A stretch of 64,000 bases of DNA, taken from the NCBI GenBank assembly GCA_964410185.1, contig CAYPFM010000001.1:208860-272859 (forward strand). Direction: 5' to 3'. The position numbers and the translations under genes are program-made. Position 1 is the stretch's first letter. The number at the start of each line of letters is the position of its first letter. Under the pieces are notes generated by a model, which saw only the letters and a list, made by a program, of their open reading frames with translations, had not been told where the DNA came from and did not search any database. Shown one piece after another: positions 1 to 10,444 of the stretch. Source of the DNA: an uncultured Candidatus Saccharibacteria bacterium. Its GTDB lineage: Bacteria; Patescibacteriota; Saccharimonadia; Saccharimonadales; JAUPVS01.

Positions 1-979
1 ACATCACGCCACCAACCCCGATAATTTCGTAGCTCAAACCCAGCTTCTTGCGAATAGCATCCAGCCGTTTAACCATATCCAGCCCAGCCCACTTAATGCC
101 AGCACCACAGACGCCACTATTGAGGCGGTTTGGCCCGGGTAGAGCCTGTTCACCGTTTTCGTCTACAACTGGAGCCGAGATAGTGTTAATCGACGAAATG
201 GCCGAAATATAGGGTGCTATGTCGGTAATGATTGTTTCTAGTAGCTCCTGTTGTTCCTCCGAAAAATAGCCGAACTTAGCCACTAATGGCAAATCGCCAA
301 TCCGTTCGCGGGTCTTCTTGCAAATACTGACGACGGCGTCGTGGGTGTAGCAAAGCACGCCCTCGGTGGCGACATTCGGGCAGGAGAGGTTGAGTTCAAT
401 GGCCTCAACACCGGTGCTGGCCGCCAGTTCAGCGGCAGCGGCGAAGTCATCGTAGTAATCATCGGCTGAGCCACCTTCTTTAATGGTGCCGACCACACTC
501 ATTATTAATAGCTGTCCTTTGCCTTGTGCCTGGACGGCTTTTTTGAGGTCATCAACCCAAAAGTCGGGGCCGCGCGAGGGATTACCAAACGAGTTGGTAA
601 TCGAAAGCTTATCGAGTGGTTTGTCGGTATCAATTGTGCCGAGCTGTGGCTTGGCGGCTTTCTCGAGTGTAAGGTCTCCGTCCACATTCAAGTAGAGGAC
701 ATTAGGGAACTGATTGCAATCAAACGGCACGCTCCGTTGGGTTTTGTAGCAAACAATGTCAAAACCTTGCTGGAAGGCGTAGGTGGTGTGTTTGCTGTTC
801 AGTAATGGGCCGGCAGGGATACCAAAGGGCGAGTAAACCTTCTTGCCGAGAAATGTGAAGCTGGGTTCGCCCTGGTTCACATAGGGAGTATTTTCTTGCA
901 GGAGCGGGAAAGGCCCATTGTCAAAGTTATCGTCGAATGTTTTGGTCGGATCATACAGAACAGCGGGCTTGTTAGTCAT
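1..979 (-). CDS. pyrD: dihydroorotate dehydrogenase, 3' end runs off the window (absent from ORF track because truncated)
   Basis: Hand translation of the minus strand from ATG at 979 (MTNKPAVLYDPTK...) is open to position 1. It contains the AIELNLSCPN motif typical of DHODH and sits next to pyrF, pyrE and pyrB. Confidence 0.75.
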   Translation of the reverse strand, partial: MTNKPAVLYDPTKTFDDNFDNGPFPLLQENTPYVNQGEPSFTFLGKKVYSPFGIPAGPLLNSKHTTYAFQQGFDIVCYKTQRSVPFDCNQFPNVLYLNVDGDLTLEKAAKPQLGTIDTDKPLDKLSITNSFGNPSRGPDFWVDDLKKAVQAQGKGQLLIMSVVGTIKEGGSADDYYDDFAAAAELAASTGVEAIELNLSCPNVATEGVLCYTHDAVVSICKKTRERIGDLPLVAKFGYFSEEQQELLETIITDIAPYISAISSINTISAPVVDENGEQALPGPNRLNSGVCGAGIKWAGLDMVKRLDAIRKKLGLSYEIIGVGGVM

Positions 980-1022
980 GCTTGGCTCCTTATGTTGCTA
1001 CATGTATAGTAATGGAAATACT

Positions 1023-1781
1023 ATGGATTTTAAACGCAAACCAGTAAACCTTGCCGCAAAAGACCGAATTTTTGTGGCCCTGGACGTTGATACGCTCCAG
1101 GAAGCCAAACAAATGATGGACAACTTGGCGGGGCTTGTCACCAATATCAAGGTTGGCCTGCAATTAGCTACTAGCACTAGCTGGGCCGAAGTGGTGGCTG
1201 CTGGACACGAGCGAGGCTTTAAAGTCTTCTGCGATAGCAAATTTAAGGATATTCCTAACACTGTCGAGCACGCCGCCGCGGCCTTGACTCACCACAAACC
1301 AGACTTTTTTACTGTTATGGCCGACAACAGTATTGATGCCTTGCGGGGCATTCGGGCAGGTGTTGATGGTGCCGCCGAAGCTTCCGAAAAACCAAAAATC
1401 ATCGCTGTTACTGTCCTGACTTCGATTGGTCCCGAAGAATGCCAGTCCATTTATGGTGGTGACGTCCAAACCAAAACCAAGTTATTTGGCACCAATGCCA
1501 TGCAGGCAGGCCTGGATGCAATCGTTTGCTCACCCGAAGAAATCGAATTATTCCGTAGCGACGAAGCCTTTAATGACACGCTCATCATTACCCCGGGTGT
1601 CCGACCGGCCTGGGCCGCCAGCAACGACCAGAATCGTTTTGCTACACCTGGTGACGCCATTAGACGAGGTGCCGACATGCTGGTTATCGGTCGCCCGATT
1701 ACCCAGCCCCCAACCGAAGTTGGAACTTCCCAAGAAGCTGTTCAGCGAATCATTAAAGAAATCGAGGAGGCCCTACAATGA
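1023..1781 (+). CDS. pyrF: orotidine 5'-phosphate decarboxylase
   Basis: ORF 918..1781. I use the internal ATG at 1023 (MDFKRKPVNLAAKDRIFVALDVD) because the TTG at 918 overlaps pyrD. Shows the DxKFxDIPNT-like motif (DSKFKDIPNT) and VIGRPI. Confidence 0.85.
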   Translation: MDFKRKPVNLAAKDRIFVALDVDTLQEAKQMMDNLAGLVTNIKVGLQLATSTSWAEVVAAGHERGFKVFCDSKFKDIPNTVEHAAAALTHHKPDFFTVMADNSIDALRGIRAGVDGAAEASEKPKIIAVTVLTSIGPEECQSIYGGDVQTKTKLFGTNAMQAGLDAIVCSPEEIELFRSDEAFNDTLIITPGVRPAWAASNDQNRFATPGDAIRRGADMLVIGRPITQPPTEVGTSQEAVQRIIKEIEEALQ

Positions 1782-2389
1782 GCGGAGTATCAGAACAAAC
1801 CAAACGAGACGTGGCACTTAGTTTACATAAATTTGGAATCTTACAGTTTGGCAGCTTTACATTAAAGAGTGGGCTCGTCGCGCCGTTTTACATTGATATG
1901 CGTATTGTGCAGTCTTTCCCCGAGGCACTGCACAGTATTACGGCTATCTACGCCGAAATGCTCAAAGACCTTCCCCAGGACGTTTTGTTGGCTGGTATCC
2001 CCGAAGCCGGCATCCCCATCGCCACCGCTGTTGGGTACGAAACCAACCGCCCGCTCATCCAGCCTCGCGCCAAACTCAAAGAACACGGCAAAGGCAAAGC
2101 TATTGAAGGCGAGTGGAAGCCTGGCGACAAGGTCGCTATCATCGATGACCTGGTCACCAAAGGCGATTCTAAGATTGAATCAATCGCTCAGTTTAAGTCG
2201 TGCGATCTAGATGTGATTGGGTTTTACTTGTTGCTCGATCGCGAGATGGGCGGCAAAGAACTGGTCGAAAAAGCCGGTTATAAAGTGACAATCGCCATGA
2301 CGATCACAGAAGTCATTAATATCTTGCTGGAAGAAAAGAAGCTCAGCCAGACGCAAGCTGACGAAATGCTCGCGTTCATCAACAGCTAG
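1778..2389 (+). CDS. pyrE: orotate phosphoribosyltransferase
   Basis: 203 aa with a PRTase motif (VAIIDDLVTKGDS). N-terminus reads FGSFTLKSG. Overlaps the pyrF stop by 4 nt. Confidence 0.85.
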   Translation: MSGVSEQTKRDVALSLHKFGILQFGSFTLKSGLVAPFYIDMRIVQSFPEALHSITAIYAEMLKDLPQDVLLAGIPEAGIPIATAVGYETNRPLIQPRAKLKEHGKGKAIEGEWKPGDKVAIIDDLVTKGDSKIESIAQFKSCDLDVIGFYLLLDREMGGKELVEKAGYKVTIAMTITEVINILLEEKKLSQTQADEMLAFINS

Positions 2390-3300
2390 ATACTAAACAA
2401 ATACTCGAGTAGCGCCATGCGCATGTACAGGCCATTTTTGACTTGGGCAAAGTAGCGGGCCCGGAAGTCTTGGTCGACGGCCGGGTGGATTTCATTAACA
2501 CGCGGCAAGGGATGCAAAATAATGGCGTCTTTCTTCATCTTTTTAACAATTTGCGGGGTGAGGATGAAGCTATCTTTAAGCGCTTGGTAATCCTGGATAA
2601 ATTTAAAGCGTTCTTTTTGGACGCGGGTCATATATAGCACGTCGAGCTCACCGATAATGTCATCCCAATTGTCGCAAAGCGTATAGGGCGTTTCGTGCTT
2701 CTTGAGGATATCAAGATACTTTTTAGGGAGCTGTAGTTGCATTGGTGCAATCAAATACAGCTCGACTTTGTACAAAGCCAACAGCTGGATAAATGAGTGA
2801 ATGGTGCGGCCGTTTAACAGATCGCCCACCATGCCAATCTTGAGGCCATCAATGGTGCCGTGCTCCTTTTGGATTGTATATAAATCGAGGAGGGCTTGGC
2901 TGGGGTGTTCGCCGGCACCATCACCGGCGTTAATGACCGGCACATCCGAAACAGCGGCAGCCCGATCAGCCGAACCAACCTCGGGGTGACGAATGACAAT
3001 GCCATCGGCGTAGGCGTTAAGGGTCAAGATGGTGTCCTCAAGACTTTCGCCCTTCTTGGCGGAAGAAAAATCCCCGGCATTTTCGACGGTAATGAGTTTA
3101 CCGCCTAAGTTCTGAATGGCCGTCTCAAAAGAAAGTCTGGTGCGGGTGCTGGGCTCGAAAAAAATCGTCGCGATGGTGAGGTGTTCGAGTGGCTTGGGGT
3201 ATTCTGCCAGCGGCATGGCCGCAAAGTCAGCCGCTCGTTTAATAAGTCTGTCCAAGACGGCTTTGTCAGTGAACTGCTCGGTCGCTATGGCGTGTTTCAT
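2386..3300 (-). CDS. pyrB: aspartate carbamoyltransferase catalytic subunit
   Basis: 304 aa with STRTRLSFE, HPSQALLD and HPLPR motifs. Confidence 0.9.
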   Translation of the reverse strand: MKHAIATEQFTDKAVLDRLIKRAADFAAMPLAEYPKPLEHLTIATIFFEPSTRTRLSFETAIQNLGGKLITVENAGDFSSAKKGESLEDTILTLNAYADGIVIRHPEVGSADRAAAVSDVPVINAGDGAGEHPSQALLDLYTIQKEHGTIDGLKIGMVGDLLNGRTIHSFIQLLALYKVELYLIAPMQLQLPKKYLDILKKHETPYTLCDNWDDIIGELDVLYMTRVQKERFKFIQDYQALKDSFILTPQIVKKMKKDAIILHPLPRVNEIHPAVDQDFRARYFAQVKNGLYMRMALLEYLFSI

Positions 3301-4262
3301 ATCTGGTTTTGTCCGTCAAAAATAGCCGAGACGGATAAACCAGAGAAACTGGCGCTGATGGCATCGGCGATAAGTGGGGCAATCGAGAGTACTTCAATTT
3401 TGGCGCCGATAGGAACCGGCAAGGTGTTGGTGACAATAACTTTAGTGAAGGCTGATTTTTCAATGCGCTCCAAGGCAGGGTCGGACAAGATGCCGTGGGT
3501 AGCCAGGCCATAAATCTTTTTAGCACCGTGTTCGGCCAGGAGGTCAGCAGCAGCACAAATCGTCCCGGCTGTATCGATCATATCGTCGATAATGACACAG
3601 GTTTTACCCTTTACGTCCCCAATTAAGTACTTGGCCTCAACGCTGTTGTGTTTGGTATGAGAGCGCTGTTTATGGATGATGGCGATGGGGCAGTCGAGAG
3701 CGCTGGCGTAGCGTTCGGCTGATTTAACCCGACCGGCGTCTGGGGAAACAATAACCAGGTCTTTTTGGAGATTCTTTTTAATGTAATCACGTAAAACCGG
3801 CGCCGCAATTAAATGGTCAAACGGTCCGTTAAAGAAACCCTGAATTTGGCCAGAGTGGAGGTCGACACTCATGATGCGGTCGGCACCGGCGCTGGCTAAC
3901 ATATCAACGATTAAACGAGCCGCGACTGGTTCTCGGCCACTGGCCTTGCGGTCTTGGCGGGCATAACCCAAAAATGGGCAGACGGCAGTAATAGAGTGAG
4001 CCGAGGAGCGTTTAGCAGCATCAATCAGCAGGGTTTGTTCCATGATGGCATCATTCACTGAACCGCCGCCGTGAGCTTGGATAATAAAGACATCGCTCCC
4101 GCGCACCGACTCCTCAAGCTTGCAGCTAACCTCGCCATTGGCGAAATTTCCAAGCTTGGCCTTACTCAGCGAAATGCCTAATTTCGCCGCAATCTCTTCG
4201 GCTAGTTCAGGATGGGCGCGCCCCGTCAGGAGCTGTAAGCCGTGCTGTGCAACCTCAATCAT
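3297..4262 (-). CDS. prs: ribose-phosphate pyrophosphokinase
   Basis: ORF 3297..4343. The internal ATG at 4262 avoids overlap with the upstream Nudix gene. Shows the PRPP-binding loop (CVIIDDMIDTAGT) and the GYARQDRK motif. Confidence 0.9.
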   Translation of the reverse strand: MIEVAQHGLQLLTGRAHPELAEEIAAKLGISLSKAKLGNFANGEVSCKLEESVRGSDVFIIQAHGGGSVNDAIMEQTLLIDAAKRSSAHSITAVCPFLGYARQDRKASGREPVAARLIVDMLASAGADRIMSVDLHSGQIQGFFNGPFDHLIAAPVLRDYIKKNLQKDLVIVSPDAGRVKSAERYASALDCPIAIIHKQRSHTKHNSVEAKYLIGDVKGKTCVIIDDMIDTAGTICAAADLLAEHGAKKIYGLATHGILSDPALERIEKSAFTKVIVTNTLPVPIGAKIEVLSIAPLIADAISASFSGLSVSAIFDGQNQI

Positions 4263-4290
4263 TGCATCCAGTGTATCATGGCCCCGCAAG

Positions 4291-4830
4291 CTAGATTGTT
4301 GTTTTATAAAACGCCCAGGCGGCCAGCCCCGAGTAGGTAACAAGCTCTCCGTTGCGAATCATTTCGTCAATTTCTTGTTCGGTGAACCAGTAATCTTCAA
4401 GTTCTTCTTCGATGTCTTGGGTCTTTGAGGTGTCCTCGGAAATATTGGTTGCCAAGAAAACGAAGAACTTACTATCTTTACGACGATTATCAAGGTAGTA
4501 CCACCCCAACAGCTTTAAATCACCCTTGAGTGACGATTCTTCGGCCAGTTCACGAGCGGCGCCGTCTTGAGGAGATTCACCGTCTTCGATTGCTCCACCG
4601 GGCACTTGGTATAACCATTCATTTGGCGGATAGCTATACTCTCGTTGCAGTAGAATCTTGCCCTCAGTGTTAACAGCCAGAATACAGGCGGCATCCTTGT
4701 TTTTGGCAAAACGTACGTATTGGGTTTTGTGGCCGGAGGGTAGCTCGACTTCATCTTCGTAAACAGTTATTCGTGGATGCTCCAGGAGCAATTTTTGGGA
4801 CAGCTTCTTCCACCGAGTGTTACTTGGCAT
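4291..4830 (-). CDS. NUDIX hydrolase (ADP-ribose pyrophosphatase-like)
   Basis: Nudix box GGAIEDGESPQDGAARELAEESSL. Confidence 0.8.
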   Translation of the reverse strand: MPSNTRWKKLSQKLLLEHPRITVYEDEVELPSGHKTQYVRFAKNKDAACILAVNTEGKILLQREYSYPPNEWLYQVPGGAIEDGESPQDGAARELAEESSLKGDLKLLGWYYLDNRRKDSKFFVFLATNISEDTSKTQDIEEELEDYWFTEQEIDEMIRNGELVTYSGLAAWAFYKTTI

Positions 4831-5941
4831 GGTTATTCTCCGTGAATTTTACGATAGTGCTTGCGAACTTTTGCTTGAAATTTTCTGTCGAGAACGCCCG
4901 GGCGTGCTCTCGCAAACGAGCGGCCTTAAACTTGCTGGCAGAAAACTTTTGCAAACTTGCAGACAAAGATTCGACTGTTTGTTCGGCAAAAAATTCACCA
5001 GTGACGCTGGGTTTCACGTAGTCCAAGGCGCCGCCGGCTTTGTAAGCAATAACTGGGGTGCCGGCGGCCATTGCTTCGACCGGTGTGATGCCAAAATCCT
5101 CCAACGCAGGGAAGAGAAAGGCTTCGGCATGTTGCATGTAGCTGACTACGGCTGCGCTATCGGCATTATCATCAAAGTGCACACTCGGACCGGCTATTTT
5201 GACGAGCTTGGCATGGTCTGGCCCGCGCCCAACAACCATTAATGGCAGGTTCAATTGAGTACAAGCAGCCACCGCTAGGTCAATGCGCTTATAGGGCTGC
5301 TGCCGCCCAACCACCACAAACCCGCCACGCTCGTGCGCCTCGTCGCTTATAAACCGCTCAACGTCCACGGGTGGGTTAATGACTACCGAATCGCGCCCGT
5401 AGTAGGTTTTGATGTCAGTCTGGATATGAGTCGAATTGGCAATGTAATAATTGGGTCCTTTTGAGGCACGCAAATCCCAGCGACGCAACGGCCCAACCAA
5501 TAGCTTAAGGCCCAACCGAGCCAAAGGGTTAAAAACGCCAAAGCCTGGTTCGGCCAGGTACTGATTGTAGTTGCGCCAATAAAAATGGGTTGGCGTGTGG
5601 CAGTAGCAAACATGCGTTGCTCCTGGCCCAACGCGAACGCCCTTAGCCTCGCCATTGCCGGAGCTGCTAATCACCAAATCATAACCCGTTAGGTCTAGGT
5701 GCGAAAACCAATGCTGTCGTAGGACTGGCAGAAACTTACGCAGGGCCGAGAAGGGCCAGTGTTGCAGGTAGCCGGTTACTACTCTGGCTGGTGCCAGTTT
5801 TTGTCGCCATTCATCAGAACAGTAGCTCGTGTAAATAGGTGCGTCGGGGTAGAGCTCGCTAATGGCAGCGACGACCTTTTCGGCACCTCCGCCCACAAAC
5901 CAGTCATGAACGATGGCGACCCGGAGTTCTTTAGCTGCCAC
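4820..5941 (-). CDS. glycosyltransferase family 4 (GT-B)
   Basis: C-terminal EDFGITPVEAMAAGTPVIA motif typical of GT1/GT4 enzymes. Confidence 0.8.
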   Translation of the reverse strand: MAAKELRVAIVHDWFVGGGAEKVVAAISELYPDAPIYTSYCSDEWRQKLAPARVVTGYLQHWPFSALRKFLPVLRQHWFSHLDLTGYDLVISSSGNGEAKGVRVGPGATHVCYCHTPTHFYWRNYNQYLAEPGFGVFNPLARLGLKLLVGPLRRWDLRASKGPNYYIANSTHIQTDIKTYYGRDSVVINPPVDVERFISDEAHERGGFVVVGRQQPYKRIDLAVAACTQLNLPLMVVGRGPDHAKLVKIAGPSVHFDDNADSAAVVSYMQHAEAFLFPALEDFGITPVEAMAAGTPVIAYKAGGALDYVKPSVTGEFFAEQTVESLSASLQKFSASKFKAARLREHARAFSTENFKQKFASTIVKFTENNHAK

Positions 5942-7370
5942 TAAACAGTACCCGCACGGTCTTTAACAGGATCACGATGTCATTCCAGAAGGTCCAGTTC
6001 TGGACGTAGTACATATCCAGCTTGCGACGCTCATCAAAGCTAATGCTGCGGCGTCCTGATACCACGGCCAACCCGGTTAGGCCAGATTTAACGCTGAGGA
6101 TGGCATGGCGCTTTTCGTAGACGTTAAGTTCCTGGGGGATTAACGGACGGGGGCCAACCAAGCTAAGATCGCCTTTAATGACGTTGAGTAATTGCGGCAA
6201 TTCATCAAGACTGGTAGCGCGGATCAAACGACCGATACGGGTGATGCGTGGATCATTCTCCAAGAAGTCCCCGTTCTCACGGTACTGTTTGCTCAGCTCG
6301 GGCTTGCCCATAAGCTCAAAGGACTCCTCGGGGGTGATACCAGTGCTGTAACGGCCATGCATAGAGCGAAACTTATACAATTTAAACTCTCGGTTGTAGC
6401 GTGTTAGGCGGACATGGCTGTAGAGGACGGGGCCGCGACCACCAAATAACTTGATGAGAAGCGCAGTTAAGAGCATCAAAGGGCTGACTAAAATGAGCAC
6501 CGGTATAGTGACAGCTAAGTCGAATAAACGCTTGACGATGCGCCCCCAGCCAATTAACGGCGTTTGGTGAATCGTAATAACCGGGACGGAAGACAGGAAC
6601 AAATCCACTTCGATATTACCGACGAATAGCTCGGTATTACCGGGGATGAAGCGATATGAAATGTGGTGCTCCTGAGCATAGTTCATGATTTCGTCATTAC
6701 GGTCTGTATCCTTGTAGAGTTCGGTCTGAATGATGCTATGAATTGTTTCCGACTTCAGCGCCTTAAAGGCTTGCTCGGCGGTATGAAAAACGGTGATATC
6801 GTTGTAGTCAGCCTGTGTGAAGCTCTTGCCGCCGACCACGCCGACCACGCGGTAGCCGGTTGCCCGACTATGGCGCAACGACCGCACCAGTTCTTTTGCA
6901 ATGTCGGTGTCGCCAATTATCAAGACGTTACTAATGCCAATGTTATAGCTAAACAACATGGTGCGAAGGGCTCGGGCTAAATTACGAAAGATAACCAAAA
7001 ACAAAAAGGCTAAGCAGAAACCGTAGATTGGCACCAACTTTGCTGGAAAAATTGGCTTGACCGACATAAAATCAACAGCAATCACAAATAGTAGGCCGAC
7101 AAACGAGCCCATAAACAGCCGCCCCAGTTCACTAAAGCGCTTTTCGTAAATGTTCCGATTATAGAGGCCAATTAGACCGAAGATGAGAATCCAGAAGGGA
7201 AGCAGCAGTAGGAAGAGCTGAAGGTAAGTAACTGCAGGTACAGCTTGGGTAATCGCTTTATCACTAAAGGTGACTCGCAACAGATAGGCGCCGACAAAAG
7301 CCGCCACCAGGGCTAAAAAGTCGCCGATGACGAGGCAAAAGCTATAGACGAACGAGGCATTATTCTTCAT
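5931..7370 (-). CDS. polyprenyl-phosphate sugar phosphotransferase (WbaP/exopolysaccharide-type bacterial sugar transferase)
   Basis: 479 aa. N-terminal TM helices and a C-terminal [22 protein letters not shown] motif. Confidence 0.85.
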   Translation of the reverse strand: MKNNASFVYSFCLVIGDFLALVAAFVGAYLLRVTFSDKAITQAVPAVTYLQLFLLLLPFWILIFGLIGLYNRNIYEKRFSELGRLFMGSFVGLLFVIAVDFMSVKPIFPAKLVPIYGFCLAFLFLVIFRNLARALRTMLFSYNIGISNVLIIGDTDIAKELVRSLRHSRATGYRVVGVVGGKSFTQADYNDITVFHTAEQAFKALKSETIHSIIQTELYKDTDRNDEIMNYAQEHHISYRFIPGNTELFVGNIEVDLFLSSVPVITIHQTPLIGWGRIVKRLFDLAVTIPVLILVSPLMLLTALLIKLFGGRGPVLYSHVRLTRYNREFKLYKFRSMHGRYSTGITPEESFELMGKPELSKQYRENGDFLENDPRITRIGRLIRATSLDELPQLLNVIKGDLSLVGPRPLIPQELNVYEKRHAILSVKSGLTGLAVVSGRRSISFDERRKLDMYYVQNWTFWNDIVILLKTVRVLFSGS

Positions 7371-7396
7371 TGGCTATATACTAGATTGTAACATCT

Positions 7397-8737
7397 ATGA
7401 AGCAATCTGCCGCCCCTACAAAACAACCAAGCCAATTATCGTTTTTGGCAAGCTATTTGATTACGGCGATTCTGGTCTTGTTACCGTTCCATGCGCTACT
7501 AACCACCTGGGTCGGTAGTAACTTTGGTCATCTTGATGCCTTCCGAATCTGGAAGGAGTTATTACTGGTTCCACTCGGAGTCTACGCAGCCGTTCTGGTG
7601 TATAAAAGACCCGCGCTGTATAAGCGTTGGACGAGCTCGTGGCTCGTCTGGCTGAGTCTGGCCTATGGCCTGCTCTTTGCTGGCTTTGCTCTCAAGCTTT
7701 TGTGGAGCCACCAAGCAGCCAGCGCTGCGATTGTCTACAGTCTGCTCAGTAACCTGCGCTTTGTGTGGTTCATGTTGGTGGTTTGGGCGGTAACTTATGA
7801 AAATCCCTTTGTGCGCCGATATTGGGTCAAGATTGTACTGATACCCGCGACCCTAGTCATCGGTTTTGGTCTGGTACAGAAGTTCTTGTTGCCGGCTGAC
7901 TTTTTGCGACATTTTGGATATAGCCCTAAAACCATCCCGGCCACAGAGACGGTTGACCAGAAGTTAGATTACCGTCGGATTCAAAGTACGCTCCGTGGTG
8001 CCAACCCGCTAGGGGCATACCTGGTTATTCCGATTACGACCGCGATAGCCTACATGCGTAAAAAGAGCTATCTTTGGATTTTTATTGTCGCCGCATTGGT
8101 CACATTGTTCTTTACCTACTCCCGGAGCGCGGTAATCGGTCTAGTCGTCGCCGGGGCTTTCTTTGGCTGGCATAGTCTGCGGAACAGCCGATTGCGACAC
8201 GTGCTATTGGGCGGCGTTATTGTCGGCGTACTGCTTTTGGCTAGTCTTACCTGGCTGCTGCGAGACAATAATACGGTACAAAATACCCTGTTTCATTCTG
8301 ACGAGACATCTCGTTCGAGCTTGAGTAGCAACGCGCAGCGCACAACTGCGCTTGGGACGGCGGCGCGAGATGTCTGGCAGCAGCCTCTCGGCCGTGGTCC
8401 TGGTACGGCTGGTCCGGCTTCAACCCGCAATAATGTCCCCCCGCGGATTGCCGAAAATTATTACCTACAAATTGCTCAGGAGGTTGGTGTTATTGGGTTG
8501 GCTTTATTCATCGCGATTAACCTTTTGGTAGTTTGTCAGTTGTGGCGACGGACCGACACCTTATCTCGCGTTTTATTGGCCAGTTTTGCGGGTCTAACGG
8601 TTGTTAACCTCATTTCTCATGCCTGGGCTGATGATACGCTTGGCCTGTTGTGGTGGGGATTGGCTGGTGCAGCCCTAAGCGCACCTGATATACTGAAGCG
8701 TAAGCATGAACAAAAAGCAAAAACCAAAAAAATCTGA
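7397..8737 (+). CDS. O-antigen ligase/polymerase-like membrane protein (Wzy_C-like)
   Basis: 446 aa polytopic membrane protein. YSRSAVIGL segment followed by an extracytoplasmic loop, located in the glycan cluster. Confidence 0.6.
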   Translation: MKQSAAPTKQPSQLSFLASYLITAILVLLPFHALLTTWVGSNFGHLDAFRIWKELLLVPLGVYAAVLVYKRPALYKRWTSSWLVWLSLAYGLLFAGFALKLLWSHQAASAAIVYSLLSNLRFVWFMLVVWAVTYENPFVRRYWVKIVLIPATLVIGFGLVQKFLLPADFLRHFGYSPKTIPATETVDQKLDYRRIQSTLRGANPLGAYLVIPITTAIAYMRKKSYLWIFIVAALVTLFFTYSRSAVIGLVVAGAFFGWHSLRNSRLRHVLLGGVIVGVLLLASLTWLLRDNNTVQNTLFHSDETSRSSLSSNAQRTTALGTAARDVWQQPLGRGPGTAGPASTRNNVPPRIAENYYLQIAQEVGVIGLALFIAINLLVVCQLWRRTDTLSRVLLASFAGLTVVNLISHAWADDTLGLLWWGLAGAALSAPDILKRKHEQKAKTKKI

Positions 8738-9137
8738 GCTCGTCCGCATAACCGAGTATTTCATTAGTGGTGGCGCTTATTTCTGGAGCGGCTACTTTAT
8801 CATCGTATTCTTAACACCGGTAATCGGGTTGTGGTGGGCAAACCTGCTCGGCAATGGAGTCGGCGTGACTATTAATTTTATCCTGGAACGCTATTGGGTG
8901 TTTAAGAATCCCAACAGTAAAAAGCTTACCGAGGTGAGCACCAAGTACGTGATCTACACCGGCTTCAACTTTCTCTTAAATTACGCCATTTTACGTGGTC
9001 TACAAAGCATCGGCGTTCAAGTGGCGATCGGACAATTCATCGCCGCCGGTTTCTTTACCTTCTGGAACTACTTCTGGTATCGCAACTACATATTTAAGGG
9101 TAAAACGCACCACAAGCGAATTCATCATCATGCCTGA
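8706..9137 (+). CDS. GtrA family membrane protein
   Basis: 143 aa with 4 TM helices and a GGAYFWSGY / RYWVF pattern typical of GtrA-like proteins. Confidence 0.65.
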   Translation: MNKKQKPKKSELVRITEYFISGGAYFWSGYFIIVFLTPVIGLWWANLLGNGVGVTINFILERYWVFKNPNSKKLTEVSTKYVIYTGFNFLLNYAILRGLQSIGVQVAIGQFIAAGFFTFWNYFWYRNYIFKGKTHHKRIHHHA

Positions 9138-9609
9138 ACCTGTCAACGACCAACCCGAGTCACTACGTCCAACAAAGAAGCAAAAGGAACTACTGACCTT
9201 TATTGAGGCCTTCATTGCCGAACATGGTTATAGTCCGAGCTACCGCGAGATTATGCGCAGCTGCAACTATACGTCGGTGGCTACGGTTGCTCTGCATGTC
9301 AACAGCCTCATCAAACGCGGGCATCTCAAAAAACGCGATCACGCGGCCCGTTCACTCGAAGTAGTTGAGGCGCCCAAAACGCCGACCCTCGTGACGAACC
9401 AGGTGAAGCCCGGGGATGAAAAATGGCTGGTCGACAAAATCGATCATTATTTTGCCCAGGCAGAGGAGAATAAAGCGCTTGGTGACACCGAGATCGATCA
9501 ATTATACGTGTTAGTTGGTGCCCTCAAGGTGCTTGGTCTCGATGGCGCGGCGCAAAGTTTTATTCCGCGTTTGTCTGAGCTCAAAAAGCGCTATACTAAG
9601 TCGGTATGA
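9130..9609 (+). CDS. LexA-type winged-helix DNA-binding protein lacking the S24 peptidase domain
   Basis: ORF 8995..9609. I use the ATG at 9130, which overlaps the gtrA stop by 8 nt. LTFIEAFIAEHGYSPSYREIMRSCNYTSVATVALHVNSLIKRGHL resembles the LexA N-terminal domain. No Ser-Lys peptidase region follows. Confidence 0.6.
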   Translation: MPEPVNDQPESLRPTKKQKELLTFIEAFIAEHGYSPSYREIMRSCNYTSVATVALHVNSLIKRGHLKKRDHAARSLEVVEAPKTPTLVTNQVKPGDEKWLVDKIDHYFAQAEENKALGDTEIDQLYVLVGALKVLGLDGAAQSFIPRLSELKKRYTKSV

Positions 9610-10406
9610 CGATTCTACAAGCAATCTTTTTGGGCCTCGTTCAGGGCTTCACCGAGTTTATTCCAGTTTCCAGTTCAGGGCACTTAATTTTGGCGCGCCA
9701 TTTTATTAACATGCCCGTCACCGGGTTGACCTTTGATGTCGCCCTAAACATCGGTACTCTTGCTGCTTTGGTAATCTACTTTTACAAAGACATCTGGCTG
9801 CTTACAAAAGCCATCTTTACAAAACAAAAAGAAACAAGATTGGCTTGGATGCTGGTGATCGCTACTGTCCCTGCGGTGATTGCCGGGGTACTGCTAGAAA
9901 AATCGGCCGAAACGGCCTTTCGTTCGCCAAGACTGGTCGCAATTAACCTGTTAATCGTGGCGATTATTATGCTCTTTGCCGAGCGTTACTATCATTTGCA
10001 TGTAAAGAACCCAACCAAGATTAACGACGTCAGTAATAAACAGGCCATCGGTATGGGTATTGCTCAGGCGGCGGCCTTGGTGCCTGGGGTATCGCGTTCC
10101 GGGAGCACTATTTCGGTTGGCTTGTTCTTTGGCATGGATCGGGTGGCAGCGATGCGATTTTCCTTTTTGCTCGGTATCCCGATTATGTTTGGCGGCATTG
10201 CTAAAAAACTACTGGAGCCGGGTTTTGCCAGCGGCTTTCAGCATGAGCAGGCCCAATATATTGCCGGTATCCTCGCTGCCTTTGTGAGCGGCATGATTGC
10301 CATTCGCTTCTTGCTGGGCTATTTGAGCAAACACAGCCTCTCGATCTTCGCCTACTACCGCATTGCTTTGAGCGTGATCGTTCTGTTAGTCCTAGCGCTT
10401 AACTAA
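9606..10406 (+). CDS. uppP: undecaprenyl-diphosphate phosphatase
   Basis: 266 aa with GFTEFIPVSSSGH and PGVSRSGSTI motifs. Confidence 0.9.
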   Translation: MTILQAIFLGLVQGFTEFIPVSSSGHLILARHFINMPVTGLTFDVALNIGTLAALVIYFYKDIWLLTKAIFTKQKETRLAWMLVIATVPAVIAGVLLEKSAETAFRSPRLVAINLLIVAIIMLFAERYYHLHVKNPTKINDVSNKQAIGMGIAQAAALVPGVSRSGSTISVGLFFGMDRVAAMRFSFLLGIPIMFGGIAKKLLEPGFASGFQHEQAQYIAGILAAFVSGMIAIRFLLGYLSKHSLSIFAYYRIALSVIVLLVLALN

Positions 10407-10444
10407 AGCAAAAAATACTACATATAGCGTAAGCGCCGCATGCT

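Noticed and set aside
918-1022. TTG start at 918 for pyrF, plus similar long N-terminal extensions of track ORFs (3297..4343, 8995..9609, 12702..14477, 26211..26555, 30999..31601, 32276..33421, 38081..38686).
   Set aside because: The extensions overlap neighbouring genes or repeats and have non-protein-like sequence. Internal ATGs with better context give family-typical N-termini.
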